Of a stretch of DNA of 64,000 bases, positions 1 to 8,629 are shown piece by piece. The DNA lies in NCBI GenBank assembly GCA_963822445.1, contig CAWGHO010000002.1, positions 672,001 through 736,000 on the forward strand, given 5' to 3'. Each line of letters starts with the position of its first letter. Within the stretch, counting starts at the first letter, position 1. The position numbers were made by a program, and so were the translations under genes. The DNA comes from an uncultured Acidobacteriota bacterium. GTDB lineage: Bacteria; Acidobacteriota; Thermoanaerobaculia; Gp7-AA8. The notes below the pieces were generated by a model. That model was not told the DNA's origin. It ran no database searches and saw only the letters and a list, made by a program, of their open reading frames with translations.

Positions 1-955
1 CCTCTCGGACTTTGACGCCCTTCGCGGTCAGTTGCGCGCGGAAATAAGCCGTGTTCTCGCGGAGCCGGTCGACGAAGCTGCTGTCTTTCTCGACGAGATC
101 GAGCGCGGCGATGGATCCCATGACCACCGCGGGCGGCAGCGTGTTGGAGAACAGGTACGGCCGCGATTTCTGGCGGAGGTAGTCGACGAGGGTTTTCGGG
201 CCGGTGGTGAAGCCGCCGTGCGATCCGCCCAGGGCCTTGCCGAGGGTGGAGGTGTATGCGTCGATTTTGCCGAATACGCCAAGCTCCTCCGCCGTCCCGC
301 GGCCGGTGTGTCCGAGAACGCCCGTGCCGTGGGATTCGTCGACGACGAGAAACGCGCCGTACTCGCGGCTGATCTCGATCATCTCGGGTAGCGGCGCGAG
401 CGAGCCTTCCATCGAGAAGACGCCGTCGGTCATGACGACTTTGTTCCGCGATTCTTTCGTGGCCTCGAGCGCGCGTCGTAGGTCGCCCATGTCCCGATTC
501 CTGAAGCGCTCCTTCTTTGCCTTGGCCAGGCGCACGCCATCGATGATCGAGGCGTGATTGAGCTCGTCGGAGATGATCGCGTCCTGCTCCTGGGCGATGG
601 TCTGGAACAGCCCCTCATTCGCATTCCAGCACGAGCCGTAAAGGATGGTGTCCTCGGTCCCGAAGAACGCGGCGATCCGCTCCTCGAGCTGGCGGTGAAT
701 GGTCTGCGTGCCGCAGATGAAGCGCACCGACGCGAGGCCGTAGCCGTAATCACGCTCGGCCTTTTCCGCGGCATGAACGATGGCCGGGTGATTGGCGAGG
801 CCGAGGTAGTTGTTCGAGGTGAGCATGATCACCTCGCCGAGCCCCTCCACCTCGACGACGGCGCCCTGCGGCCCTTTCAGCGCGAGCTCGCGCTTCATGG
901 TGCCGGCGGCGGTCATCTGATCGAGTTCGGAGGAGAGAGTAGACAGAAGGCTCAT
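1..955 (-). CDS. kbl: Glycine C-acetyltransferase / 8-amino-7-oxononanoate synthase family PLP enzyme (runs off the window edge)
   Basis: Manual translation from ATG at 955: MSLLSTLSSELDQMTAAGTMKRE...VIMLTSNNYLGLANHP...YGYGLASVRFICGT...SDELNHASIIDG...ITDGVFSMEG. Not in the ORF track because it is open at the edge. Confidence 0.85.
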   Translation of the reverse strand, partial: MSLLSTLSSELDQMTAAGTMKRELALKGPQGAVVEVEGLGEVIMLTSNNYLGLANHPAIVHAAEKAERDYGYGLASVRFICGTQTIHRQLEERIAAFFGTEDTILYGSCWNANEGLFQTIAQEQDAIISDELNHASIIDGVRLAKAKKERFRNRDMGDLRRALEATKESRNKVVMTDGVFSMEGSLAPLPEMIEISREYGAFLVVDESHGTGVLGHTGRGTAEELGVFGKIDAYTSTLGKALGGSHGGFTTGPKTLVDYLRQKSRPYLFSNTLPPAVVMGSIAALDLVEKDSSFVDRLRENTAYFRAQLTAKGVKVRE

Positions 956-1026
956 AGGCGCAAAGGCTCAAAGGCGCAAAGTGGAGTGACTCTTTGAGCC
1001 TTTGAGCCCTTGAGCCGTTGCGCCTT
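947..1026. repeat. Inverted tandem 8-mer array (AAGGCTCA-like x4 / TGAGCCTT-like x4)
   Basis: Units read directly: AAGGCTCA TAGGCGCA AAGGCTCA AAGGCGCA ... TGAGCCTT TGAGCCCT TGAGCCGT TGCGCCTT. Confidence 0.85.
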
Positions 1027-1652
1027 CATTCGTTGTCGTACTTCAACTCCCGCCTGAAACACATCTGCGCGTCCATGTCGAAGACCACGCAGGAGTCGAT
1101 GGGGCGGGAGTAGACGTGCATGGAGAGGGCGCGCTCGTTCCAGTCGGCGAGGTTGCGGATGCGGTGGATGGTCTGGGTTTTGTCGACTGTATTGAGCGGG
1201 CCGCCGGGGATGGCCATTTCGTTGCCGAGGTGCTGCATCTCGATCTTCGTGGCGCCGGCCAGACAGTCCATGCCCACGACCTGCTGGTTCTCGGGGCGGT
1301 TGCAGTCGATCTTCTTGTAGTTCTCGACCAGCAGCTTGCCCTCGATCATGGTCATCCAGCCGAGCTGCCCGTTGTGAGTGTGCAGCGGCGTCACGGCGCC
1401 GATCGGCCAGCAGATCAGCATCACCTCGATCATGTCGTTGCGAAAGATCTTGTTGCGGGTGTGCCGGTCCGGCTGCCAGTCCTGGTACCGCAGCAGATCC
1501 TCGGCCTTGATCTCGTAGGCGACCAGATAGTCGTAGATCTTCTGCTTGGTGATGATGCCTTCGGAAAGGCGCCGGATCCCGTCGACGAACTGCTCGGCCG
1601 GGACCGCCGCCGGCGAGTAAATCGGCGCGGGGACGACTGTCATATTTTGCAT
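1026..1652 (-). CDS. Cysteine dioxygenase family (cupin) protein
   Basis: HTRN, TPLHTH (HxH), IHRI and SMHVYS motifs typical of the CDO family. Confidence 0.8.
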   Translation of the reverse strand: MQNMTVVPAPIYSPAAVPAEQFVDGIRRLSEGIITKQKIYDYLVAYEIKAEDLLRYQDWQPDRHTRNKIFRNDMIEVMLICWPIGAVTPLHTHNGQLGWMTMIEGKLLVENYKKIDCNRPENQQVVGMDCLAGATKIEMQHLGNEMAIPGGPLNTVDKTQTIHRIRNLADWNERALSMHVYSRPIDSCVVFDMDAQMCFRRELKYDNE

Positions 1653-1704
1653 CTCGCTTTTCCCCTCCCGAAGATGCCGAGAATATAGAGCAAATCCTGA
1701 TCCG

Positions 1705-1795
1705 GTTGCGGGGTTACGAGGTTTCGGGGTTACGAGGTCCCGCCTCCCAGCCCGGCGACCCCGAAACCTCGTAACCCCGTAACCCCGTAACCCCG
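1705..1795. repeat. Inverted tandem 8-mer array (GGTTACGA/GGTTTCGG vs CGTAACCC)
   Basis: gttgcggggttacgaggtttcggggttacgagg ... ccccgaaacctcgtaaccccgtaaccccgtaacccc. Confidence 0.85.
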
Positions 1796-1819
1796 TTCTC
1801 GTGCTACCCTCCGCCCGCT

Positions 1820-3109
1820 TTGGCAGCCGCGGTGAAAAACGTAGCGGTCATCGGCGCGCAGTGGGGCGACGAAGGCAAGGGGAAGATCGTCGATCTTCTC
1901 TGCGAGGATTTCGACGTCGTGGCCCGTTATCAGGGCGGGCACAACGCCGGTCATACCGTCAAATTCGAGGACAAGCACTTCGCCCTCAGGCTGATGCCGT
2001 CCGGCATCGTCCATCCCGGCAAGCTCTGCCTTCTCGGCAACGGCATGGTCATCGATCCCGAGGCCCTGCTCGAGGAGATGACCAACCTCCGGGCGGCCGG
2101 AGTCACGATCGAGGAGAACCTCCTCATCAGCGACTCCGCCCACTGCATCCTCCCGTACCACAAGGCCCTCGACCTCGCTCGCGAGGAGTCCGCCGGCGTG
2201 GCCAAGATCGGCACGACCGGACGGGGAATCGGCCCGGCCTACGAATCGAAAGTCGGCCGCTACGGCATCCGCATCGCCGACCTCCTCGATCCCGAGGTGC
2301 TGCGGCAGAAGATCGAGTTCACCTGCGCCGAGCGCAACGCCGTTCTCGGCAGCGTCTACGGCAAGGAAACGTTCGACGCCAAGAAGCTCTACGACGATTA
2401 CCTGCGCTACGGCGAGATCCTCGAGTCGCGTATCACCAACGGCACGGTCTGGATCAACGAGCAGATCCGCGCGGGCAGGACGATCATGTTCGAAGGCGCG
2501 CAGGGAACGATGCTCGACATCGACCATGGCACCTACCCGTTCGTGACCTCCTCGAACACCGTCGTCGGCGGCGTCTGCACCGGCCTCGGCGTCGCCCCGA
2601 AGCACATCCACAAAGTCATCGGCGTGGCCAAGGCCTACACGACGCGGGTGGGCGGCGGCGCGTTCCCGACCGAGCTCGAGAACCAGCACGGCGAGCATCT
2701 CCGCAAGCGCGGCAACGAGTTCGGCACGGTCACAGGCCGTCCGCGGCGCACGGGCTGGCTTGATCTCGCCGTCCTGCGCACCGCCGCAACGCTCAACGGA
2801 CTCGATGAGATCGCGCTGACCAAGCTGGACGTGCTCGACGAGTTCGACGAGATCCCGATCTGCACCGCGTACAAGGTCCGCGGCAAGACCTGGAACACCT
2901 TCCCCGCGTTCGCTGTGGCGCACGACGACTACCAGCCGGAGTACCGCACGTTCAAAGGATGGAAGTCTTCGACTGCGGGAGTGACGTCGTTCGACGATCT
3001 GCCGCAGGAAGCGAAGGATTACGTTCGCTTCATCGAAGATGAGACGGAGACGCGGGCGGCAATCGTCTCGACGGGGCCGCGGCGCGAAGAAACGATTCTG
3101 CGAGGCTAA
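1820..3109 (+). CDS. purA: Adenylosuccinate synthetase
   Basis: GAQWGDEGKGK, GGHNAGHT, IGTTGRGIGPAY, EGAQG and EFGTVTGRPRR motifs. Confidence 0.98.
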   Translation: MAAAVKNVAVIGAQWGDEGKGKIVDLLCEDFDVVARYQGGHNAGHTVKFEDKHFALRLMPSGIVHPGKLCLLGNGMVIDPEALLEEMTNLRAAGVTIEENLLISDSAHCILPYHKALDLAREESAGVAKIGTTGRGIGPAYESKVGRYGIRIADLLDPEVLRQKIEFTCAERNAVLGSVYGKETFDAKKLYDDYLRYGEILESRITNGTVWINEQIRAGRTIMFEGAQGTMLDIDHGTYPFVTSSNTVVGGVCTGLGVAPKHIHKVIGVAKAYTTRVGGGAFPTELENQHGEHLRKRGNEFGTVTGRPRRTGWLDLAVLRTAATLNGLDEIALTKLDVLDEFDEIPICTAYKVRGKTWNTFPAFAVAHDDYQPEYRTFKGWKSSTAGVTSFDDLPQEAKDYVRFIEDETETRAAIVSTGPRREETILRG

Positions 3110-3240
3110 AGGGAACGACCGGGGCGCCTCCGGCGGGCGGCCACGGGCCGCGGCGTTAGTGTTGGCGTGAACGCGGTTCGCGCAACCGACGCGATTTTGC
3201 CAGAAGGCACAACCAACGCAGCGGCCCGTGGCCGCCCGCC
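3109..3240. repeat. REP-like palindrome whose right arm is split by IS110 (arm continues at 4782-4803)
   Basis: Left arm AAGGGAACGACCGGGGCGCCTCCGGCGGGCGGCCACGGGCCGCGGCGTT (3109-3157) is the near reverse complement of AACGCAGCGGCCCGTGGCCGCCCGCC (3215-3240) joined to GGAGGCCCCTCGTCGTTCCCTT (4782-4803). Confidence 0.85.
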
Positions 3241-3249
3241 TATAGCTTG

Positions 3250-3495
3250 TCCGGCCGTCTCTCCGCTTCTCCCTCAGCCCTCAGAGAAGTACCCGTTGGG
3301 TGGCAATCGGGAGAATCGGGTTCAGGCGGCGCGATACTGAGAAGAAGGGTTCGTCCCGCTACGAATTCCGCCCGTGTTCGGATCGACGAATCCCTCCGGA
3401 CTTTCGAGCGGGACGAAGTGCTTTGGCCCGAAACGCATTCTCAGATGCTGTCGGAGCACGACTCGACTATAGGCCTTGCGCGCGGCCAAAGCCAA
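3250..3495 (+). ncRNA. Putative IS110 bridge RNA (target-binding and donor-binding loops); ends approximate
   Basis: Stem 3350-3360/3407-3417 encloses CCGCCCG and CCTCCGG, which match the target. Stem 3420-3428/3484-3492 encloses CTCAGATG and CTATAGG, which match the circle junction. Confidence 0.8.
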
Positions 3496-3512
3496 CCCGA
3501 AGGGAGGGTGTG

Positions 3513-4757
3513 ATGAGCGAGTTCGAGTTTGGGGCGTTGGTGGGACTGGATTGGGGTGACACATCGCACGAGGTGGCTCTTTGGGACGAGCAGCAGCAGA
3601 CGTGCACGAACGAGCGCATCGAGCACACGCCTGCGGCTCTGCGCGCATGGATCGAAGCGCTGCAGGCGCGCTTCGGCGGGGCACCGATCGCCGTGGCCAT
3701 CGAGCAGTCCCGCGGCGCGGTCTTCGACGCGCTCAGCGGCTATCCGTTCGTCACGTTGTATCCGATCAACCCACGCAGTGCAGCCCGGTATCGTGAGGCG
3801 TTTCATCCGAGCCTTTCGAAAGACGATCCGACCGACGCGGCGTCCTTGCTCGACCTGCTCCGTAAGCACCGCAACGAGCTGCGCCCGTTCATCGCCGACG
3901 ACGCTTCTACGCGGCTGCTGCGGCTTCTGACCGAGGATCGGCGGGAGCTCGTCGATCAGAGGACGCAACACGTCCAACGCATGACCGATCGGCTCAAGAC
4001 GTACTACCCGCAGGCGCTCCGGTGGGCCGGCGCGTTGATTACGGCCCAGGCCTGTGACTTCCTCGAACGCTGGCCGACGCTCGAGGCCATCCAAAGGGCT
4101 CGGCCGTCCGCGATACGGAGGTTCTATGCGGGTCATCATCACGCGGCCGCGTGGATCGACCAGAGGCTCGCCGAGATCCGTTCAGAGGTCGCGTTCCACG
4201 ACGACCAGGTCACCACTGACGCTGCCGTGCTGCTGATCGGAAGCGAGGTTGCGCAGATCCGGGCCCTCAACACGAGCATCGCCACGTACGACCAGAAGAT
4301 CTCGGCGGCGTTCGCCGCCCACCAGGACGCGTCGATCTTCGCGAGCTTCCCTGGCGCCGGCCAACAGCTCGCGCCGCGGCTCGCCGCCGCCTTCGGGACC
4401 GATCGCAAGCGCTTCGGCAGCGCCGTCAACGTCGCCACCCGAAGCGGCATCGCCCCGGTTCTCCGCCGGAGCGGCAAAACGGCGGTCGTGCACATGCGCT
4501 GGGCCTGTCCGAAGTTCCTGCGTCAGACGTTCCATGAGTACGCCCGCGTGTCGATCGGTCAGTCCGAATGGGCTCGAGCCTTCTACAAGCAGCAACGCGC
4601 GCGCGGACACAGCCACCACGAGGCTATCCGCACGCTCGCTTACCGCTGGATCCGCGTCCTTTACGCCTGCTGGAACAATCGCACCGTCTACGACGAAGCT
4701 CTCTATCTGCGGCAGCTCGCCACCCGAGGCTCAACCCTCGCCACAGCTGCTCCCTGA
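3513..4757 (+). CDS. IS110 family transposase / bridge recombinase (RuvC-like DEDD domain plus Tnp domain)
   Basis: VGLDWG, VAIEQ and KDDPTDA (DEDD residues); FPGAG and SGIAPVLRRSGK (catalytic Ser region); GGAGG RBS before ATG 3513. Confidence 0.95.
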   Translation: MSEFEFGALVGLDWGDTSHEVALWDEQQQTCTNERIEHTPAALRAWIEALQARFGGAPIAVAIEQSRGAVFDALSGYPFVTLYPINPRSAARYREAFHPSLSKDDPTDAASLLDLLRKHRNELRPFIADDASTRLLRLLTEDRRELVDQRTQHVQRMTDRLKTYYPQALRWAGALITAQACDFLERWPTLEAIQRARPSAIRRFYAGHHHAAAWIDQRLAEIRSEVAFHDDQVTTDAAVLLIGSEVAQIRALNTSIATYDQKISAAFAAHQDASIFASFPGAGQQLAPRLAAAFGTDRKRFGSAVNVATRSGIAPVLRRSGKTAVVHMRWACPKFLRQTFHEYARVSIGQSEWARAFYKQQRARGHSHHEAIRTLAYRWIRVLYACWNNRTVYDEALYLRQLATRGSTLATAAP

Positions 4758-4758
4758 C

Positions 4759-4764
4759 TTGACA
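4759..4764 (+). promoter_or_regulatory. Outward-facing -35 box (TTGACA) in the IS110 right end
   Basis: TTGACA followed by exactly 17 nt to the end of the element; pairs with TATAGC (3241-3246) after circularisation. Confidence 0.7.
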
Positions 4765-4820
4765 GGAAGGCTCAGATGTCCGGAGGCCCCTCGTCGTTCC
4801 CTTATGCGTCCCGCGAGAAT

Positions 4821-5795
4821 CTACTGCCGCGCGCCGTCCGGCTCGGCAGCGATGCGCAGGTGCGCGACGGTCTCACGCAGCTCGCGCTCGAGCTGATCGT
4901 TGGTGATGCCCTCGCCGAGCTCGATGACGCGCTCGGAAGACCAGCGGCCGTCCTCGTAGATCACGAAGCGGAACGTGCTCTCGGGCGTGTAGAGGATCAC
5001 CCGGCCTTCGCTGATGAGCGCGCGTACCGGTGCGCCGGTGCTCGAAGCGATTTTGGCGTTAGGCAGGCGTTCGCCGCTGCGTCCGACCGGCTTCCAGATG
5101 CGTGCGTTGGGAACGGGCTTCGGCGTGATGCGCACGCGCGTCACAGCCGTCGACGCGTGCGCGCCGAACAGGACGTCGACGCCGTCGCCGCTGCGCGTCA
5201 TGGCCAGCGGGGGGTGCAGGACTTCGAGCATCGGCTCGCGGGACAGCGCCTGAGCGGAGTTCACCGCGGCGAGCGTGTTCAGATCGGAGATGTTCGTCGA
5301 AGCGAGCTGTCCCCGCTCGAACGCAACGAGCGCGTATTCGGCAACCGGGTCGCCGGTCATGCTCCACCAGACGGCGTGCACGAGAATCGAGTCCTCGCCT
5401 TCGACGGAACGGCTCATCACAGCCTGCAGGCCGACTCGTTTCGCGAGGCTCACCGGCGCCACTTCCAGCGGCTCGGACCAGTTCCCGCCCGGATCGAGGC
5501 GCGCCATCAGGATCTGCTCGCCGCTTTCCGAGGTCCTGGTCCAGAGCACGAACAGCGCGGAGGACTTCGCGTCCCACATCAGGGTTGCCTGCGATTCGAA
5601 GGCCTTGTCGCCGGTCGTCGGGACGAGCAGGCGCGTCTTGGTCCGTCCGACGCGCCGCACGATGTTGAGGCGGCCGGTCGCGTTGTCGGCCGTGTAGACG
5701 GCACCGTCCGTACCGAGGACGGGCGCCGTCTCCTCACCGGCCGCGGCGAGCGCGGTCAGGAGGACCAGGGCGAGGATTGCGATGTAGCGCGTCAT
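4821..5795 (-). CDS. Hypothetical secreted protein
   Basis: Signal-peptide-like N-terminus MTRYIAILALVLLTALAAAG; 5 bp downstream of the TPR gene. Confidence 0.7.
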   Translation of the reverse strand: MTRYIAILALVLLTALAAAGEETAPVLGTDGAVYTADNATGRLNIVRRVGRTKTRLLVPTTGDKAFESQATLMWDAKSSALFVLWTRTSESGEQILMARLDPGGNWSEPLEVAPVSLAKRVGLQAVMSRSVEGEDSILVHAVWWSMTGDPVAEYALVAFERGQLASTNISDLNTLAAVNSAQALSREPMLEVLHPPLAMTRSGDGVDVLFGAHASTAVTRVRITPKPVPNARIWKPVGRSGERLPNAKIASSTGAPVRALISEGRVILYTPESTFRFVIYEDGRWSSERVIELGEGITNDQLERELRETVAHLRIAAEPDGARQ

Positions 5796-5800
5796 CTTGG

Positions 5801-6718
5801 TCAGCTCTTCCAGTTGATGACGGCGCAGAGGTCGACGCCGACGAGAAGCTCTTTGACGTGGCGGAAGTCGGGATAGAAGCTGGCCACGACGTCGAAACAG
5901 CGATCGGCTTCCGCGTACCGGTCGGTGCGGACGCAGGTTTCGCCGAGGAGGTAGTTGCCGTTGCGGACTTGCCTGGGAATCTGCGCGAGACGAAGCCCTT
6001 CGCGCGCGCAGGCCTCGGCGCGCTCGTACGTCCCGAGCTCGAGATGCGCATACGCGAGATCGAGATACGCCTCGGACCGCGCGTAGTCCTCGTCGAGGAG
6101 CTCCGCGGTGCGGTCCAGGAGATCGATGCCTTCCTGATAGTCGCCGCTCAGCACTTTGGCCCCGCCGAGGTTCGCGAGCACGGCGATGCGCAGCGCGGCA
6201 GCGCGCGTGTCGTCCTCGCCGAGCGTGGCCAATGCGGCGAGCGCCTCATCGAATGCTTCGATGGACTTGGCGAACTGCGAATCCGCGACCAGGGTGATGC
6301 CGTGGTGATTGAGCACGCTGGCGCGGGCCATCGGCTCGCCGAGCTCCGCCGCGGCGGTGCGAGCGATCTCGCCGTAGAAGATGGCGCGCTTGCGATCCTC
6401 CGCCTCGGTGAAGCGGCGGATGAGCACTGCCGCGGCCATGTAGACCAGCCGCGTGGAGCGGCGGCGGATGACGATTCCCGGCAACTGCCCGATCTCGACG
6501 CCATCGCGCTGCGCGGCGATCAACGCCTCGGCTTTGCGGATGGTGACCAGCTCCCGGACATCCTCGGACTCGACCACCGTGAACGCGCGGTCGTAAAGGG
6601 CAATCGCCGCGTCGACGTCGCCACGCCACATCTCCTGTAAGCCGTTCTCACAGAGTTGCAGCGCTTCCTGGTCGTTCTCGATCATCAATAGGTCCACCGG
6701 GGCGGGAGTTGCGTGCAT
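5801..6718 (-). CDS. Tetratricopeptide repeat protein
   Basis: Helical TPR-like repeats (AIALYDRAF, VLNHHGITL, AYLDLAYAHLELG, YLLGETC); start may instead be ATG 6685. Confidence 0.75.
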   Translation of the reverse strand: MHATPAPVDLLMIENDQEALQLCENGLQEMWRGDVDAAIALYDRAFTVVESEDVRELVTIRKAEALIAAQRDGVEIGQLPGIVIRRRSTRLVYMAAAVLIRRFTEAEDRKRAIFYGEIARTAAAELGEPMARASVLNHHGITLVADSQFAKSIEAFDEALAALATLGEDDTRAAALRIAVLANLGGAKVLSGDYQEGIDLLDRTAELLDEDYARSEAYLDLAYAHLELGTYERAEACAREGLRLAQIPRQVRNGNYLLGETCVRTDRYAEADRCFDVVASFYPDFRHVKELLVGVDLCAVINWKS

Positions 6719-6719
6719 T

Positions 6720-8582
6720 CTAGCTGGATTTATTCAGAATTGAGTCAATTGTTCCCTGCGAAACGGGGTGGTAGGTCGGGCGCGCTTTCGCGTAGACCCG
6801 GCGGGCGAACGCGAGGTCCTCGGGGTTCGTCGCCAGCTTCTCGTAAATCGGCCTCAGAAACTTGCGCCGTCCCTGGATGGTCAGGAAGCGCTCGATGGCC
6901 GGCCAGGCCTCTTTGTAGCGGGTATCGATCGACTTTTCGAGCCACGCGGAAAGGACTTCGTTGTTGCCGCTGTCGCTGAAGTGGAAGCGGCTGTCGAGCT
7001 CGGCCATGCGCTCCGGCGCGATCTTCGGCAGGGACTGGATGAAGTGCTGTTTCTCGTGCGACGACCAGCCGGTCATGTTCACGGCCGCGGCCGGTCCGCC
7101 ATCGGCGAACGCCTTGGCCTGTGCCTCGACCTTCGTGAATGCTTCCGAACTGGGCGCCGGCGCGTTCGCGGGGATGCCCGGGCCGTGAATCCATTCGTCG
7201 ATGTTTACCTTCTGCACGACGTCGGGAAGCTTCGCGCGGATGTGCTCGACGAACTTCGTCGTAGTCATCGGCTTGAACGCGTTCTCGTCGAAGTACGCGC
7301 GGAGGAATTGATCCCACTTTTCGCGTCCGGCGGTCTGCTCGAGCAATCGCAGGAAGAGCGCGCCTTTTTCGTAGACCGTGCTCGGGGCGTCGTCGGGATC
7401 GCGTCCGGTGAGATCGACGTAGAGGTGCTGATCTTTTTCCGGCAGCGGGGCGAGCAGCTCCTTCAACTCAGTGACGCCGAGGAGCCAGAGCATCTCGTCG
7501 TATTCACGGCCGTAGATCTTTTCGATGATGCGATGCTCGAAGTAAGTGGTGAAGCCTTCGTTGAGCCAGAAGTCGTTCCAGGTCGCGTTCGTGACGAGAT
7601 TGCCGGACCACGAATGCGCGAGCTCATGGGCGATGAGCGAGACCAGCGACTTGTCGCCGGCGATGACGGTCGGCGTGAGGAACGTCAGCCGCGGATTTTC
7701 CATCCCGCCGTACGGGAAGCTCGGCGGAAGAACGAGCAGGTCGTACCTTCCCCATCGATACGGACCGTAAAGCTCCTCGGCCGCGGCGATCATCTTCGGC
7801 GTGTCGCTGAACTCCGCGGCGGCCTTTTCGATCAGCGGCGGCTCCGCATACACACCGCTCCGCGTATCGAACGGACGAAACTCGAGATCGCCCACCGCAA
7901 CCGCTAGCAGGTACGCGGGCACGGGCTGCGGCATCCGGAAGTGATAGACGCCTTCCGCGTTCTTCGCCTGCGGGTTTTCCGCGCTCATGACCGCGAGAAG
8001 CTCCTTCGGCACGCGGAGCGTCGCCTCGTACGTGAAGCGCGAGCCCGGCGAGTCCTGACAGGGCACCCAGCTCCTCGCGAGAATGGCCTGGGACTGGGAG
8101 AGCAGGAAGGGATGCTTCTTGCCCGCGGTCATGGCCGGCTCGAGCCACTGCAGCGCGCGCGCGGTCGGACTCGATGCGTATTCGATGGTGACGCCGGTCG
8201 TCTCGGAATGAAGCGGGATCTCCAGCGCCCGGCCCTTGATCGCATCCTCGGGACCGAGCTTGAAGTCGGTCGTGGCGTTGCCCGGCTGCAAGGTCACTTT
8301 GCGGATGTCGAGACCGGCCGTGTCGAGAATCAGCGCGGTCGCATCGGGTTGCTTCTTCACGCGAAGCGTTGCCGTCCCGGTGAGCTGCTTCTTCGCGAAA
8401 TCGACGGTGAGATCGAGAGCGATGTGCTCCACGCGGGCTTGATCGGGCCGCGCGTATGAGTGCGGATCGAGGGAGGTCGCCGCGGCCGCGGCGGGCTTCG
8501 GCGCCGCGGTTTCAGTCTGCGGCTGTTCGGCGCGGCAGGCGGCGAGGATGAGGAGCGTGATGCAGAGGGTCAGTCGCTTCAT
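6720..8582 (-). CDS. M1 family aminopeptidase (leukotriene A4 hydrolase-like), probable lipoprotein
   Basis: GGMEN, HELAHSW...WLNEG and YEKG motifs; lipobox-like LAAC. Confidence 0.93.
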   Translation of the reverse strand: MKRLTLCITLLILAACRAEQPQTETAAPKPAAAAATSLDPHSYARPDQARVEHIALDLTVDFAKKQLTGTATLRVKKQPDATALILDTAGLDIRKVTLQPGNATTDFKLGPEDAIKGRALEIPLHSETTGVTIEYASSPTARALQWLEPAMTAGKKHPFLLSQSQAILARSWVPCQDSPGSRFTYEATLRVPKELLAVMSAENPQAKNAEGVYHFRMPQPVPAYLLAVAVGDLEFRPFDTRSGVYAEPPLIEKAAAEFSDTPKMIAAAEELYGPYRWGRYDLLVLPPSFPYGGMENPRLTFLTPTVIAGDKSLVSLIAHELAHSWSGNLVTNATWNDFWLNEGFTTYFEHRIIEKIYGREYDEMLWLLGVTELKELLAPLPEKDQHLYVDLTGRDPDDAPSTVYEKGALFLRLLEQTAGREKWDQFLRAYFDENAFKPMTTTKFVEHIRAKLPDVVQKVNIDEWIHGPGIPANAPAPSSEAFTKVEAQAKAFADGGPAAAVNMTGWSSHEKQHFIQSLPKIAPERMAELDSRFHFSDSGNNEVLSAWLEKSIDTRYKEAWPAIERFLTIQGRRKFLRPIYEKLATNPEDLAFARRVYAKARPTYHPVSQGTIDSILNKSS

Positions 8583-8629
8583 GAGGGTCGCGAATTTACC
8601 GCATAGAATCCTGACCGCAGGCAAAACCC

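Larger units (their letters stand above)
3241..4781 (+). mobile_element. IS110-family insertion sequence with CC core and no terminal inverted repeats
   Basis: Boundaries set by rejoining the interrupted palindrome. CC occurs at 3239-3240 and 4780-4781. Long 5' non-coding end followed by a DEDD recombinase. Confidence 0.9.

Noticed and set aside
947-1026. Short tandem repeats as a possible CRISPR array
   Set aside because: Units are 7-8 bp with no unique spacers, and there are no cas genes
3300-3512. N-terminal extension of the IS110 transposase given in the ORF track
   Set aside because: The RuvC-like domain starts right after ATG 3513, which has a GGAGG RBS; the upstream part is better explained as structured RNA
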